From Endomicrobiales bacterium (GTDB lineage Bacteria; Elusimicrobiota; Endomicrobiia; Endomicrobiales; JALOBY01): a DNA stretch of 64,000 nt. Positions 1-9,430 of this stretch are shown here, one piece after another. Location of the stretch: NCBI GenBank assembly GCA_963796955.1, contig CAWCNJ010000004.1, positions 352,001-416,000 on the forward strand, given 5' to 3'. The translations under genes and the position numbers were made by a program. The notes beneath the pieces are model-generated. The model was not told the DNA's origin. It worked only from the letters and a program-made list of their open reading frames with translations, and made no database searches. Numbering within the stretch: the first letter of the stretch is position 1; every line of letters begins with the position of its first letter.

Positions 1-1
1 G

Positions 2-1225
2 AAAGACAAAGGCCATCGCGGCATTGATCCCGAAGCAAAACACGAACTGAGCCAGCAGGAATTCATGATGCTATGCCGCAAACACTTCAAGAAATCCGAA
101 GGCTTGCGCGTGGTGATACAAGACCTCTCATCGAAAACATTCTCGGCTTCCCGGGGATTTCCTGTGGAGTTCGTTATCCAGGGGCCCGATTGGGGCGACC
201 TGGCGAAATATTCCCAGCTGATAATGGACGGGCTGGAAAAGACCGGCCTGGTGACCGACCTGGATACCAATTATGCCGTCGGCCAGCCTGAACTGCACGT
301 GCTGCCGGACCGCAAGAAGGCCGCGGAACGCGCTGTCAGCGTTGCAAGCATCGTGCAGACGGTGAACGCTATGATCGGCGGGGTAGTTGTCGGCACATAC
401 GAAAAAGGCGGCCACCGCTACGATATTCGCCTGAAGCTGGAAGAGGGGAAAGAAGACCCGAGAGAAAAAGTTAAAAGCCTGTATGTGCGCAACAACGCCG
501 GCGAACTGATACGTCTTTCCGACTTGGTAACCATGGAAGAAAAATCGTCGATGGTGGCTATCTGGCGTAGCAACCGCGAACGTTCCATTTCCGTATATGC
601 GAACGTAAAAGCCGGGGCCTCTCAGCAGGATGCGCTTGACGCGGTTTCCCGCGTGGCGAAAAGCATATTACCGCCGGACTACCACATAACCCTGAGCGGC
701 AGTTCCCAAACATTCATTGAATCGCTGCAAAGCCTGTTCTGGGTGCTTATCCTGGGTATATTTGTTGCCTACATGGTGCTGGCGTCGCAGTTCAACAGTT
801 TCAGCGACCCGCTCGCCGTATTGATGGCGCTGCCGTTCAGCGTTTCAGGCGCATTTGTCGCCCTGTTCCTGTTCCACCGGTCAATAAATATTTACAGCAT
901 CATAGGTCTGATCTTATTAATGGGTATCGTTAAGAAAAACTCTATTTTGCTGGTAGATTTTACGAACCAATATATGGCCGAAGGCAGCTTGTCCGCCCGT
1001 GAAGCTCTTTTAAAAGCCTGCCCGGTGCGCTTTCGCCCGATCATAATGACCTCGGTAGCGACCATTGCCGGCGCCATTCCTGCCGCTCTCGCAATTGGCC
1101 CCGGAGCCGAAAGCCGTATCCCCATGGCTATCGCCGTGATCGGCGGTGTTTTTGTCTCAACATTGTTAACGCTCTATGTTGTGCCGTGCGCTTATATAAT
1201 GTTATCGCGTTTTAAAGGAAAATAA
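2..1225 (+). CDS. RND efflux transporter permease (AcrB/AcrD/AcrF family), 5' part outside window
   Basis: Frame is open from base 2. C-terminal RND motifs LASQFNSF, GIVKKNSILLVDF, RFRPIIMTS, RIPMAIAVIGG. Confidence 0.93.
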   Translation, partial: KDKGHRGIDPEAKHELSQQEFMMLCRKHFKKSEGLRVVIQDLSSKTFSASRGFPVEFVIQGPDWGDLAKYSQLIMDGLEKTGLVTDLDTNYAVGQPELHVLPDRKKAAERAVSVASIVQTVNAMIGGVVVGTYEKGGHRYDIRLKLEEGKEDPREKVKSLYVRNNAGELIRLSDLVTMEEKSSMVAIWRSNRERSISVYANVKAGASQQDALDAVSRVAKSILPPDYHITLSGSSQTFIESLQSLFWVLILGIFVAYMVLASQFNSFSDPLAVLMALPFSVSGAFVALFLFHRSINIYSIIGLILLMGIVKKNSILLVDFTNQYMAEGSLSAREALLKACPVRFRPIIMTSVATIAGAIPAALAIGPGAESRIPMAIAVIGGVFVSTLLTLYVVPCAYIMLSRFKGK

Positions 1226-2617
1226 ATGAAGAATTTCACCAGTGGCAGTATCCCCCGGGCAATGCTTGCCTTTCTTGTGCCCTTAATGGTAACCAATATT
1301 TTGCAGGCTTTGTATATGGTCATAGACGCGATGTGGGCGGGGCGCCTGCTTGGCCCCACAGGTGTTGCAATTGTGGCCACCGGGATGCCTGTGGTGTTTT
1401 TGCTTTCGTCGTTGTTCATTGGCTTCGTTGTCGGTGCTTCAATACTTGCGGGTCAGGCTTTTGGTGCTCACGATAAGGAAAAGCTGTCCGACATAGTATC
1501 CAGCTCTGCCCTGGCTACGTTAGGTCTGTCGTTAGTTATTTCGCTGGCCAGCGTTTCATTCATAGGTAAGATATTACTGCTTATCAACACACCGGCCCCG
1601 CTTTTTAACGGAAGCCGCATATTCCTGTCGCTGATAATCCTTGCGATGCCAATAACCTCCATGGTGGGCTGGTTCAACGCCATAATGAACGCGACCGGCG
1701 ATTCAAAAACTCCGCTGCGCATAATATTGACATCTTTGGTGGTTAATGCGGTGCTTGCCCCCGTCCTTATAACAGGCGCCGGAATTTTCCCGCCGCTGGG
1801 GGTGGCGGGCTCCGCCGTTTCAACGATCATTGCCAATATTATCGCGCTGGCTGTGTGCATTATCTCGTGGCGTTCTCATCACCTCTCAGAGATCGCGCCT
1901 TTTCGTCTGCGCATACATACGCCTACCATCAAGCGCATCATCGCCCTCGGCCTGCCGCTTGGCATGCAGATGATCGTGGTCTCATCAAGCTTCATATTTA
2001 TTCTGTCGCTGGCCAATAAATTTGGCCCTACCATAACGGCAGTTTTCGGCATAGGAAGCCGCGTAGACCAGTTCGCCTTTCTTGCCATGTTCGCCGTGAC
2101 CGCCGCGATCTCCGCCATGACAGCCCAGAATTTCGGCGCGGGCAAGCTGGATCGCATAATATCCGTCTCAAAATGGGGGGTCTTAATTTCAGCCTGTCTT
2201 TCCCTGATATTCTTTACCGCCGTAACCCTCTTTCCGGACCGCATAACCGGCCTGTTCACCAAAGACCTTGAAGTGATCAGATTGACCAGAAATTATTTCC
2301 ATTACGTAAGCTTCAGCTATCTGGCCCTTGCGGTTCTCTTTACGTATCAGGGCGTCCTGCGCGGCGTTGGCGACACCATAACTTCATTTATCATCGTCTC
2401 CTGCAGCATGGTTGTATTGCGTGTCCCAACCTGTTACTGTCTTTCTCACTATACCCCCATGCACGAGTCCGGCCTGTGGCTTGGCATAACCATAAGCTCC
2501 ACCGTCGGCGCCATGACATTTTACCTCTACTATGCCGCCGGCCGCTGGAAACGCCACCCCAACCTGAACCGCGTCCCGGTAGACACTATTCCAGTGGTTC
2601 CAGAAGAGACGATGTAA
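1226..2617 (+). CDS. MATE family efflux transporter
   Basis: About 12 hydrophobic segments with the duplicated MATE motifs GQAFGA/AQNFGAG and ATGDSKTPL/GVGDTIT. Abuts the RND stop (TAAATG). Confidence 0.92.
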   Translation: MKNFTSGSIPRAMLAFLVPLMVTNILQALYMVIDAMWAGRLLGPTGVAIVATGMPVVFLLSSLFIGFVVGASILAGQAFGAHDKEKLSDIVSSSALATLGLSLVISLASVSFIGKILLLINTPAPLFNGSRIFLSLIILAMPITSMVGWFNAIMNATGDSKTPLRIILTSLVVNAVLAPVLITGAGIFPPLGVAGSAVSTIIANIIALAVCIISWRSHHLSEIAPFRLRIHTPTIKRIIALGLPLGMQMIVVSSSFIFILSLANKFGPTITAVFGIGSRVDQFAFLAMFAVTAAISAMTAQNFGAGKLDRIISVSKWGVLISACLSLIFFTAVTLFPDRITGLFTKDLEVIRLTRNYFHYVSFSYLALAVLFTYQGVLRGVGDTITSFIIVSCSMVVLRVPTCYCLSHYTPMHESGLWLGITISSTVGAMTFYLYYAAGRWKRHPNLNRVPVDTIPVVPEETM

Positions 2618-4423
2618 ATGAAAAACCGCATACTGCAAACACTTACCCAGTATTGGGGTTATAACAGCTTCAGGCCTTTTCAGGAAAAAGCCATTCTCTC
2701 TATTATGGATGAGCATGATACGCTTACGGTGTTGCCGACGGGTGGGGGCAAATCTGTCTGTTTTCAGCTGCCGGCGCTTATTTCTGACGGGATGGCGGTT
2801 ATTATTTCGCCGCTTATTTCTTTGATGAAAGACCAGGTAGATTATTTAAAGGATATGGGTATCGCCGCTGAATGCCTGAACTCCAGCCTAACCTCGAAAA
2901 AACAGCAGGAAGTGGTTGATAAGATACAGGCCGGGGAACTGAAACTGCTCTATATATCTCCGGAACGGTTGTTGATAGAGCATACGGCCGACTTGCTGAA
3001 AAGCGTAAAGCTTTCCTTCTTCGTTATCGACGAAGCGCATTGTATAAGTCACTGGGGCCACAATTTCCGTGCGGAATACCGGATGCTCGGCATGATAAAA
3101 TCGCAATTCAAAAACATAAGTGTGCATGCATTCACCGCTACTGCTACGGAACAGGTGCAGGAAGATATTATAGCTCAGCTGAGGCTTGAAGAGCCGCACA
3201 TTTATGTGGGCAATATAGACCGGCCGAACTTGAATTTCCGTCTTATACAGCGCACGGGCTCGGCGTTGAGCCAGGTAGTGGATACTATCAAAAAACACCC
3301 CGATGAACCTGGAATAATCTATTGCCTGCGCAGAAGCGATGTTGATGAAATATCTAAAAAGCTTAACGGCATGGGTTATAAGAATTTGCCCTATCACGCC
3401 GGCCTTGGCGATAAAGAACGCAAGAACAATCAGGAAGAATTTTCTCAGGAAAAAGTAAATATTATCGTGGCAACGATCGCCTTCGGTATGGGTGTGGATA
3501 GGTCCAATATCCGCTACGTGATACACGCGGCGATGCCGAAATCCATTGAGCATTACCAGCAGGAGACCGGCCGCGCGGGGCGCGACGGATTGCCTGCCGA
3601 TTGTTACCTGTTCTACTCCGGCGCCGATTACCGCATCTGGGAATTCATGCTGAAAGATTCATCCGACCGGCTGGTGATGTTGCAAAAATTACGTGCGATG
3701 TACAACTTTTGCACACGCCCCGTGTGCCGTCATAAATTCCTGGTGGAATATTTCGCCCAGGAATACGGCGACAAAAATTGCGGTGCCTGCGATTACTGCC
3801 TCGGAGAGATGGAGATGGTGGAAGACCCTTTGATAGTAGGGCAGAAAATAATTTCCTGCGTCGCGCGGGTTCAGGAAGGCTTTGGCGCCGACTATATTTC
3901 AGATATATTGAATGGCAAAGACACTCCGTCCGTTCGCCAGCGGGGGCATGAAAAGCTTTCCACATTCGGGCTTATGAGCGCTGAAACCAAGGTGTATATC
4001 CGGTTCATGATCGAGCAGCTGATTGGACAAGGTTTTCTTAAGCGTGTGGGCGAGTACCTGACTATCGCTATAACCGAATCCGGCCGCAGCCTGCTTAAAG
4101 GCGAAGTTACGCCGGTGTTGGCCAAGCCCATCGTTGCCGCCAAGAAGAAAGATATAGAGCGCAAGAGAAGATCTAAGCATTTCCAGGAGTGGGACGGTAT
4201 CGACCAGAAGTTGTTCGATCTTCTGCGTGCCAAGCGTACTGAGCTCGCCGGCGCCAAGAGCGTGCCTGCCTACATTATTTTCAGCGACAAGACGCTGCGC
4301 GATATGACGGTGGTAAAACCGGTATCGGTAGACCAGTTCGCCAATGTTTTTGGCGTCGGCGCGGCCAAGCAAAAGGAATACGGCCAGGTCTTTACCGAGC
4401 TGATAAGGGATTACATTGGATAA
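2618..4423 (+). CDS. recQ: ATP-dependent DNA helicase RecQ
   Basis: LPTGGGKS, DEAHCISHWGH, QETGRAGRDG, Zn-binding Cys cluster, RQC and HRDC (VPAYIIFSDKTL) domains. Confidence 0.96.
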   Translation: MKNRILQTLTQYWGYNSFRPFQEKAILSIMDEHDTLTVLPTGGGKSVCFQLPALISDGMAVIISPLISLMKDQVDYLKDMGIAAECLNSSLTSKKQQEVVDKIQAGELKLLYISPERLLIEHTADLLKSVKLSFFVIDEAHCISHWGHNFRAEYRMLGMIKSQFKNISVHAFTATATEQVQEDIIAQLRLEEPHIYVGNIDRPNLNFRLIQRTGSALSQVVDTIKKHPDEPGIIYCLRRSDVDEISKKLNGMGYKNLPYHAGLGDKERKNNQEEFSQEKVNIIVATIAFGMGVDRSNIRYVIHAAMPKSIEHYQQETGRAGRDGLPADCYLFYSGADYRIWEFMLKDSSDRLVMLQKLRAMYNFCTRPVCRHKFLVEYFAQEYGDKNCGACDYCLGEMEMVEDPLIVGQKIISCVARVQEGFGADYISDILNGKDTPSVRQRGHEKLSTFGLMSAETKVYIRFMIEQLIGQGFLKRVGEYLTIAITESGRSLLKGEVTPVLAKPIVAAKKKDIERKRRSKHFQEWDGIDQKLFDLLRAKRTELAGAKSVPAYIIFSDKTLRDMTVVKPVSVDQFANVFGVGAAKQKEYGQVFTELIRDYIG

Positions 4424-4670
4424 TATTACCGACAGGGATATGGGCGTGCAGCCCCTTGATGCCCTGATGAACGCCCATGAAATGACGAATGCCATGCTCG
4501 CCGGGCACTCGAAAGAACAGCTTACCATCAAGGAAGTTAACAAGGCGCGTAAAGGCCGGCTGCTTACCTGTAACATACAATCGAAAATAGTAAGGGCGAT
4601 GAATGCGGCGCTGCCCGAAAGTGTTTTTATGATCAAAGACCTTTTTACATACGAAGGGCGTAAAAAATAA
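4416..4670 (+). CDS. Small conserved hypothetical protein (possible HTH-like fold); start may be ATG at 4440
   Basis: 84-aa ORF overlapping the recQ stop. The QPLD..M / EQLT.K.V.KARKGR.LT / DLF.Y pattern resembles, from memory, a small uncharacterised family. Confidence 0.65.
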   Translation: MDNITDRDMGVQPLDALMNAHEMTNAMLAGHSKEQLTIKEVNKARKGRLLTCNIQSKIVRAMNAALPESVFMIKDLFTYEGRKK

Positions 4671-4682
4671 CGGAGAACTGAA

Positions 4683-6818
4683 CTGATAAAGAAGATCAGG
4701 TTGATATTATGGCTGGCGGCGTTACTGTTGTGCGTTTCCATCGGGCTTATTTTCTGGTTCAATACCATATTTGACCGGCTGGACATCGTTACTGCCCGGC
4801 GGGTGATGAACAACCCGGTACGGTATTATTCCGATATAACTTTCATTAAACCGGGACAGATGCTCTCCGCGGCGGGCCTTGAGACCAGGCTGCTTGAGCG
4901 CGGTTATAAGAACCAGAAAGAAGGCGCATTAGTAGAAGGCCGTTACCAATTTACAGAGGCAGCCGCCGCTGCTCATCCGGGTCAAGGTATTGAAGTATTC
5001 TTCAAACCTTTCCTTACACCCGCCGGGATCGCTACCTCCGGAATGTATCGCTTTGTTTTCAGCGGCGATGCACTTGCGTCCATAGTGCGGGTACCCTCCA
5101 ATACTGCTGCGAATGAAGTTTTACTGGAACCCATGGAGCTGGGCGATACACGCCGCGGCGAGGCCGGTATCCGCCCCTGGGTATGGATCGAAAAAGTTCC
5201 GGCCTGCCTGAAGGACGCTATCCTTGATTCCGAAGATAAACGTTTTTATCACCATCGCGGCATAGATCTGACCGGCATTGCCCGGGCGGTATTCGTAAAT
5301 GTCACGAAGGGGGACGTCCGCCAGGGCGGCAGCACCATCACCCAGCAGTTGGTACGGAACGCCTTTCTTACCCAGAAACGAACTTTCAGAAGAAAGTTCA
5401 CCGAGGCCGTCATGGCCGTTATACTGGAATTGCGCTACAGCAAAGACAGGATATTTGAGCTGTATCTTAACCAGATATATCTGGGCAAAAGCGGGCTGCA
5501 CCCGGTCTATGGTGTGGAGGACGCGGCCCTCTCCTATTTTGGCAGGCATGTTTCAGCCCTTTCTCCCTCGGAATGCGCGGTTATCGCCGGTTTGATACCG
5601 TCCCCGAACAGGAACAACCCCCGGACCAATCCCCAGGGCGCTCTCATACGGCGCAACATCACCATTAACGCTATGGTGAAGAACAAGCGGTTGGATGCAG
5701 CGCAGGCACGGGTTATCTTGTTGGAACCGCCTGTATACGCGCCGGTAACGAACCTGGGGATCGGCAGTTATTATATCGATTACGTCCGCCAGCTGCTGGA
5801 GGCTGAATGCGGCGCCCGGGCGATGGAAGTGAGCGGCTATAACGTTTACACCGCCCTGGACCCCGAAGTTGAAAAAGCTGCTGAAAAGGCTCTCTCTAAC
5901 CAGGGCTATGAGGGCGCCATAGTGGCCATGGATGCCTACACCGGTTACGTTCGCGCTTTGGCAGGGGGAAAAGATTTCGGTAAGTCGCCGTTCAACAGAG
6001 CGGTCCTTGCTAAAAGAAGTCCCGGCTCCGTATTTAAACCTCTGATATTTGCCGCCGGCCTTGAACAAAAGATCTTTAAGCCCGGCACTATGGTGAAAGA
6101 TGAACCCTTTACCGTTACTATAGACGGCAAGAAATGGCAACCGCGCAATTACGACGGCAGGTATATGGGCGCGATAACCTACCGTGATGCGCTGGTCTTT
6201 TCCAGAAATATTCCCGCAGTACGGCTGCTGCAAAAGATCGGTCCCGCGTATATCACCGAGTTTGCCCGTAAAATGGGCTTAAGCAGCGAGATGAAGATAG
6301 TGCCTTCGCTGGCCCTTGGCACCTCCGAGGTAACGCCGCTTGAGATGACGGCTTCGTTCGCGCCCTTCGCCAACGGCGGCAATGCCGTTAAGCCGGTCTT
6401 TATCCGCTGGGTTACGGATGCCTCCAACCGGGTTATACAAGAGAATAAGCCGGAGCTGACACCCGCGATCTCGCCTAAAACCGCTTCTCAGATCACGCTG
6501 ATGCTGGAAGACGCGGTCAACCGCGGCACCGGCAAAAACGTACGGAAGCTTGGTTACAGGGGGCCGGCCGCGGGGAAAACAGGGACCTCTGACGATTTCA
6601 ATGATGCCTGGTTCATCGGCTATACGCCGGACATCCTGTGCGGCGTGTGGCTTGGCAACGATATGCCCTCATCTCTCGGCGGTGTTGCGGCCGAGGTCGC
6701 CGTGCCGGTCTGGACCGAGTTCATCAGCTCTCTGCCTGCGCCCACCAAGGACGCCACATTCGGTAAAAAATACCCGCCAGGTATAAAAGGCTTTTTGCTG
6801 AAACTTTTCGGACAGTAA
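4683..6818 (+). CDS. Class A penicillin-binding protein (PBP1B-like: UB2H, transglycosylase, transpeptidase)
   Basis: EDKRFYHH and QGGSTITQQL (GT51); SVFK, SRN and KTG transpeptidase motifs. Start is either CTG 4683 (after GGAG) or TTG 4701. Confidence 0.93.
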   Translation: MIKKIRLILWLAALLLCVSIGLIFWFNTIFDRLDIVTARRVMNNPVRYYSDITFIKPGQMLSAAGLETRLLERGYKNQKEGALVEGRYQFTEAAAAAHPGQGIEVFFKPFLTPAGIATSGMYRFVFSGDALASIVRVPSNTAANEVLLEPMELGDTRRGEAGIRPWVWIEKVPACLKDAILDSEDKRFYHHRGIDLTGIARAVFVNVTKGDVRQGGSTITQQLVRNAFLTQKRTFRRKFTEAVMAVILELRYSKDRIFELYLNQIYLGKSGLHPVYGVEDAALSYFGRHVSALSPSECAVIAGLIPSPNRNNPRTNPQGALIRRNITINAMVKNKRLDAAQARVILLEPPVYAPVTNLGIGSYYIDYVRQLLEAECGARAMEVSGYNVYTALDPEVEKAAEKALSNQGYEGAIVAMDAYTGYVRALAGGKDFGKSPFNRAVLAKRSPGSVFKPLIFAAGLEQKIFKPGTMVKDEPFTVTIDGKKWQPRNYDGRYMGAITYRDALVFSRNIPAVRLLQKIGPAYITEFARKMGLSSEMKIVPSLALGTSEVTPLEMTASFAPFANGGNAVKPVFIRWVTDASNRVIQENKPELTPAISPKTASQITLMLEDAVNRGTGKNVRKLGYRGPAAGKTGTSDDFNDAWFIGYTPDILCGVWLGNDMPSSLGGVAAEVAVPVWTEFISSLPAPTKDATFGKKYPPGIKGFLLKLFGQ

Positions 6819-6835
6819 CTTCACACCGATTAACC

Positions 6836-6864
6836 TTGCGTAAAATACCCTCAACAGTTATAAT
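6836..6864 (+). promoter_or_regulatory. Sigma70-type promoter for the Hpt-REC / kinase pair
   Basis: TTGCGT (6836-6841), 17 bp, TATAAT (6859-6864) in an AT-rich intergenic region. Confidence 0.7.
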
Positions 6865-6904
6865 TATTCTAAGATTGCTAGTTTTACTATCTTAAAGGTA
6901 ATAA

Positions 6905-7777
6905 ATGGCTATAGACAGGGCTAAATTCCTCCATCAGTTCCAGTTAGAGGTAAGCGAACATCTTTCTAATCTCTACCGCGGGCTTGTTCATCTTCAAAAT
7001 AATACGGCGGATATAAATTTGGTGAAATCCCTTATGATAGATGCGCATACTATCAGTGGGACTTCTTCTATGATGGGCTTGCAGGATATTGCAATGGTGG
7101 CGCGCAGCCTGGAAAACGGTTATATGAGAGTTTTTCAGCGTTCAGGTGAGATGACTGGCGCCCAGTTTGACGTATCATTCAGGGCGTTGCTCAGCATCTC
7201 TTCAGTAATGGATCAACTAAGCCGTTCTCCCGAGAGCCATTCTGAAGCCCTGGAACTCGGAGCTCTGAGCAGAATGATCAATGATGTCTTCATCGATACT
7301 TCTGAACCCTTAGCCCAAGATATAAATCGCCGCGCAGACGTTGTGCGGTCTGGCAGGCGTTGCTCTCCAGCCCGGACAATAGCGGTGCTTATAGTTGATG
7401 ACGCGCCGGTGATCACTTCCTTTGGAAGGGAAGTATTGGAGGCTGGTGGATACAAAGTATTCGTCGCATGTGACGGTGAAGAGGCCATGCATTTGCTGGA
7501 GCATCTTCATTTCGATCTCATAGTCACTGATGTTTCTATGCCGCGGATGGATGGAATAACTCTAACCCGAAGGGTAAAGCAGGATGGCCGCTTTAAACAC
7601 ATCCCGGTCGTTATCATGTCGACACGCTCATCGCTGCAAGAAGTTCAGTACGGCCAGGATGCCGGCGCCGACGCGTACATGGCTAAAAAAGATTTTACCA
7701 TAGAAAAACTTTTGAATGTTGTATATTCCCTTACTCACAAGGAGCCGTGCAATGAACAAAAAAATTCTGGTTGCTGA
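6905..7777 (+). CDS. Hpt + receiver domain protein (CheA-like termini without a kinase core)
   Basis: N-terminal Hpt (AHTISGTSSMMG). C-terminal REC (IVDD...DLIVTDVSMPRMDG...GADAYMAK). Confidence 0.85.
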   Translation: MAIDRAKFLHQFQLEVSEHLSNLYRGLVHLQNNTADINLVKSLMIDAHTISGTSSMMGLQDIAMVARSLENGYMRVFQRSGEMTGAQFDVSFRALLSISSVMDQLSRSPESHSEALELGALSRMINDVFIDTSEPLAQDINRRADVVRSGRRCSPARTIAVLIVDDAPVITSFGREVLEAGGYKVFVACDGEEAMHLLEHLHFDLIVTDVSMPRMDGITLTRRVKQDGRFKHIPVVIMSTRSSLQEVQYGQDAGADAYMAKKDFTIEKLLNVVYSLTHKEPCNEQKNSGC

Positions 7778-9317
7778 CGACAGCGCGACGGCGCGAAGCC
7801 TGGTGGCCTCATTATTAAGGGAGCAGGGGTATCAGGTAATAGAGGCTGAAGACGGCCTTGAAGCGGTTAAACAGGCGTATCAAACCTATCCTGACCTGAT
7901 AGTTCTGGATATATACATGCCCAAAATTAACGGTTATCAGGTGTGTAGAATGTTAAAAAATGATGAACTTACAAAAGACATACCAGTTCTGATGCTAACT
8001 AGCGCTGCGTCCAGGGAAAACAGGTTCTGGAGCCTGCGAACGGGTGCAGACAAGTTTGTTACAAAAACTGATGAATCACTGAATGCACTTGGATCGGTGG
8101 TGGGTGAAATGCTGGCGGCAACCATATCTCGGAAGTTTACGAAGGAACACGTGGCGAAAGTGGTTCCCTCGGACCCGTCCGAGATCTTTGAGAAGCTGGC
8201 AGGCCTGCTGGATAAGGAATTGTACACGGCAACCCTGGATAAAATGAAATTGGAAATAATTCTACAGGGCATCGGCGACGGGTTGTTCAGTATTAACCGT
8301 GAAGGCGGGGTCACTGAATTCAACGCGGCTATGGAAACGCTCACCGGCATTGCCAGGGCACAGGCGCTCGGAAAGAATGCCCGCGAATTGTTTAAAGACA
8401 CTCTTTGCTCGGAGTCATGCCTGTTCGATGAGGCGTTTAACACCAGAACTGATATTGTTGACCGCGAGCGGTCTCTTTCAGTGCCAGGGTGTAATGAAAC
8501 AATACCGGTTGTTGTAAGCGTCTCCCTGATAAAAGAGGATCAGGATAAGATAGAAGGCGCCATCTGCGTTATCAGGGATATCTCAAAAACGAAGGCTGCG
8601 GAAAGGATGAAGGAAGACTTTGTTTCAATGCTTACGCATGAATTGCGCAGCCCGATCGCCATTGTCATAGAAGCCATTGATGTTGTGTTATTCATGGGTC
8701 AGCTTACTGAGGCCCAGAAAAAATACTGTCAGATGGCAAAAGATCGCGCGAGCGGCCTTCTGGGGCTTGTCAACAACCTGCTTGATATTTCGAAAATGGA
8801 GTCAGATGTTCCGGTGCTGAACATTGCAGCGACAGATATAGCGAATGTGGCATCCAAGTGTATATTGGAAATGAACATACTAGCCAACGAGAAGGGTATC
8901 ACAGTGCTTTCCGATGGTATGGAACAACCGGTAATGGTGCCCGCGGATGCATCGCGTATTGAACAGGTGTTTATTAATCTTCTATCGAACGCCATAAAAT
9001 TCACTCCTGAGCAGGGAACTATTACCGTACGCATTAAGGACGGCCCTCAGATGGTTGAATGCGCGGTTGTTGATACCGGCATGGGTATGAAGCCCGATGC
9101 CGTAAGCAAGATATTCGATAAATACCACCAGATACATGATACGTCCGTTCGTCAAAAAGGCGGCACTGGTCTTGGTCTTTCAGTAGTGAAAAGCATTATA
9201 CTGGCGCATAATGGCGTTGTGTGGGCAGAATCTGAAGCAGGAAAAGGCGCACGAATGCTATTTACCCTGCCGAAAACTCAGGGAAGCTCTGCGTGCCAGT
9301 TGCCAAAAAGGGTTTAA
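7752..9317 (+). CDS. Hybrid sensor histidine kinase REC-PAS-HisKA-HATPase
   Basis: REC (VADD, LDIYMP), PAS (FNAAMETLTG), H-box THELRSP, N-box NLLSNAIKF, G boxes DTGMG and GTGLGL. ATG 7752 follows AAGGAG. Confidence 0.92.
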   Translation: MNKKILVADDSATARSLVASLLREQGYQVIEAEDGLEAVKQAYQTYPDLIVLDIYMPKINGYQVCRMLKNDELTKDIPVLMLTSAASRENRFWSLRTGADKFVTKTDESLNALGSVVGEMLAATISRKFTKEHVAKVVPSDPSEIFEKLAGLLDKELYTATLDKMKLEIILQGIGDGLFSINREGGVTEFNAAMETLTGIARAQALGKNARELFKDTLCSESCLFDEAFNTRTDIVDRERSLSVPGCNETIPVVVSVSLIKEDQDKIEGAICVIRDISKTKAAERMKEDFVSMLTHELRSPIAIVIEAIDVVLFMGQLTEAQKKYCQMAKDRASGLLGLVNNLLDISKMESDVPVLNIAATDIANVASKCILEMNILANEKGITVLSDGMEQPVMVPADASRIEQVFINLLSNAIKFTPEQGTITVRIKDGPQMVECAVVDTGMGMKPDAVSKIFDKYHQIHDTSVRQKGGTGLGLSVVKSIILAHNGVVWAESEAGKGARMLFTLPKTQGSSACQLPKRV

Positions 9318-9328
9318 TGTGCTAATAT
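9300..9328 (+). promoter_or_regulatory. Sigma70 promoter of the rpsF operon
   Basis: TTGCCA (9300-9305), 17 bp, TAATAT (9323-9328), with extended -10 TG. Confidence 0.65.
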
Positions 9329-9337
9329 CATTCCTGT

Positions 9338-9430
9338 TAGCTTACACCCTGTAAGCTATTTTGCTCTTCCAGTCGAGGAAGGGCTACCCCGCGCCGCCAA
9401 CGGCCCGGGAATCCAAAAAAGGAGGTCATA
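9338..9430 (+). promoter_or_regulatory. Structured rpsF leader, candidate S6:S18 autoregulatory RNA
   Basis: Hairpins TAGCTTACA/TGTAAGCTA and GCTCTTCC/GGAAGGGC, a CCC run, then CCAAAAAAGGAGG SD. Position matches known S6:S18 leaders. Confidence 0.45.

Noticed and set aside
3899..4813. Long antisense ORFs (e.g. 3899-4813, 27756-28700, 24380-25150, 61765-62514)
   Set aside because: They are shadow ORFs opposite well-supported genes, with no recognisable motifs.
9392..9404. 13-mer in the rpsF leader that is the reverse complement of part of leader copy B (GCCGTTGGCGGCG)
   Set aside because: It is short, GC-rich and semi-palindromic, so chance is plausible. No flanking similarity.
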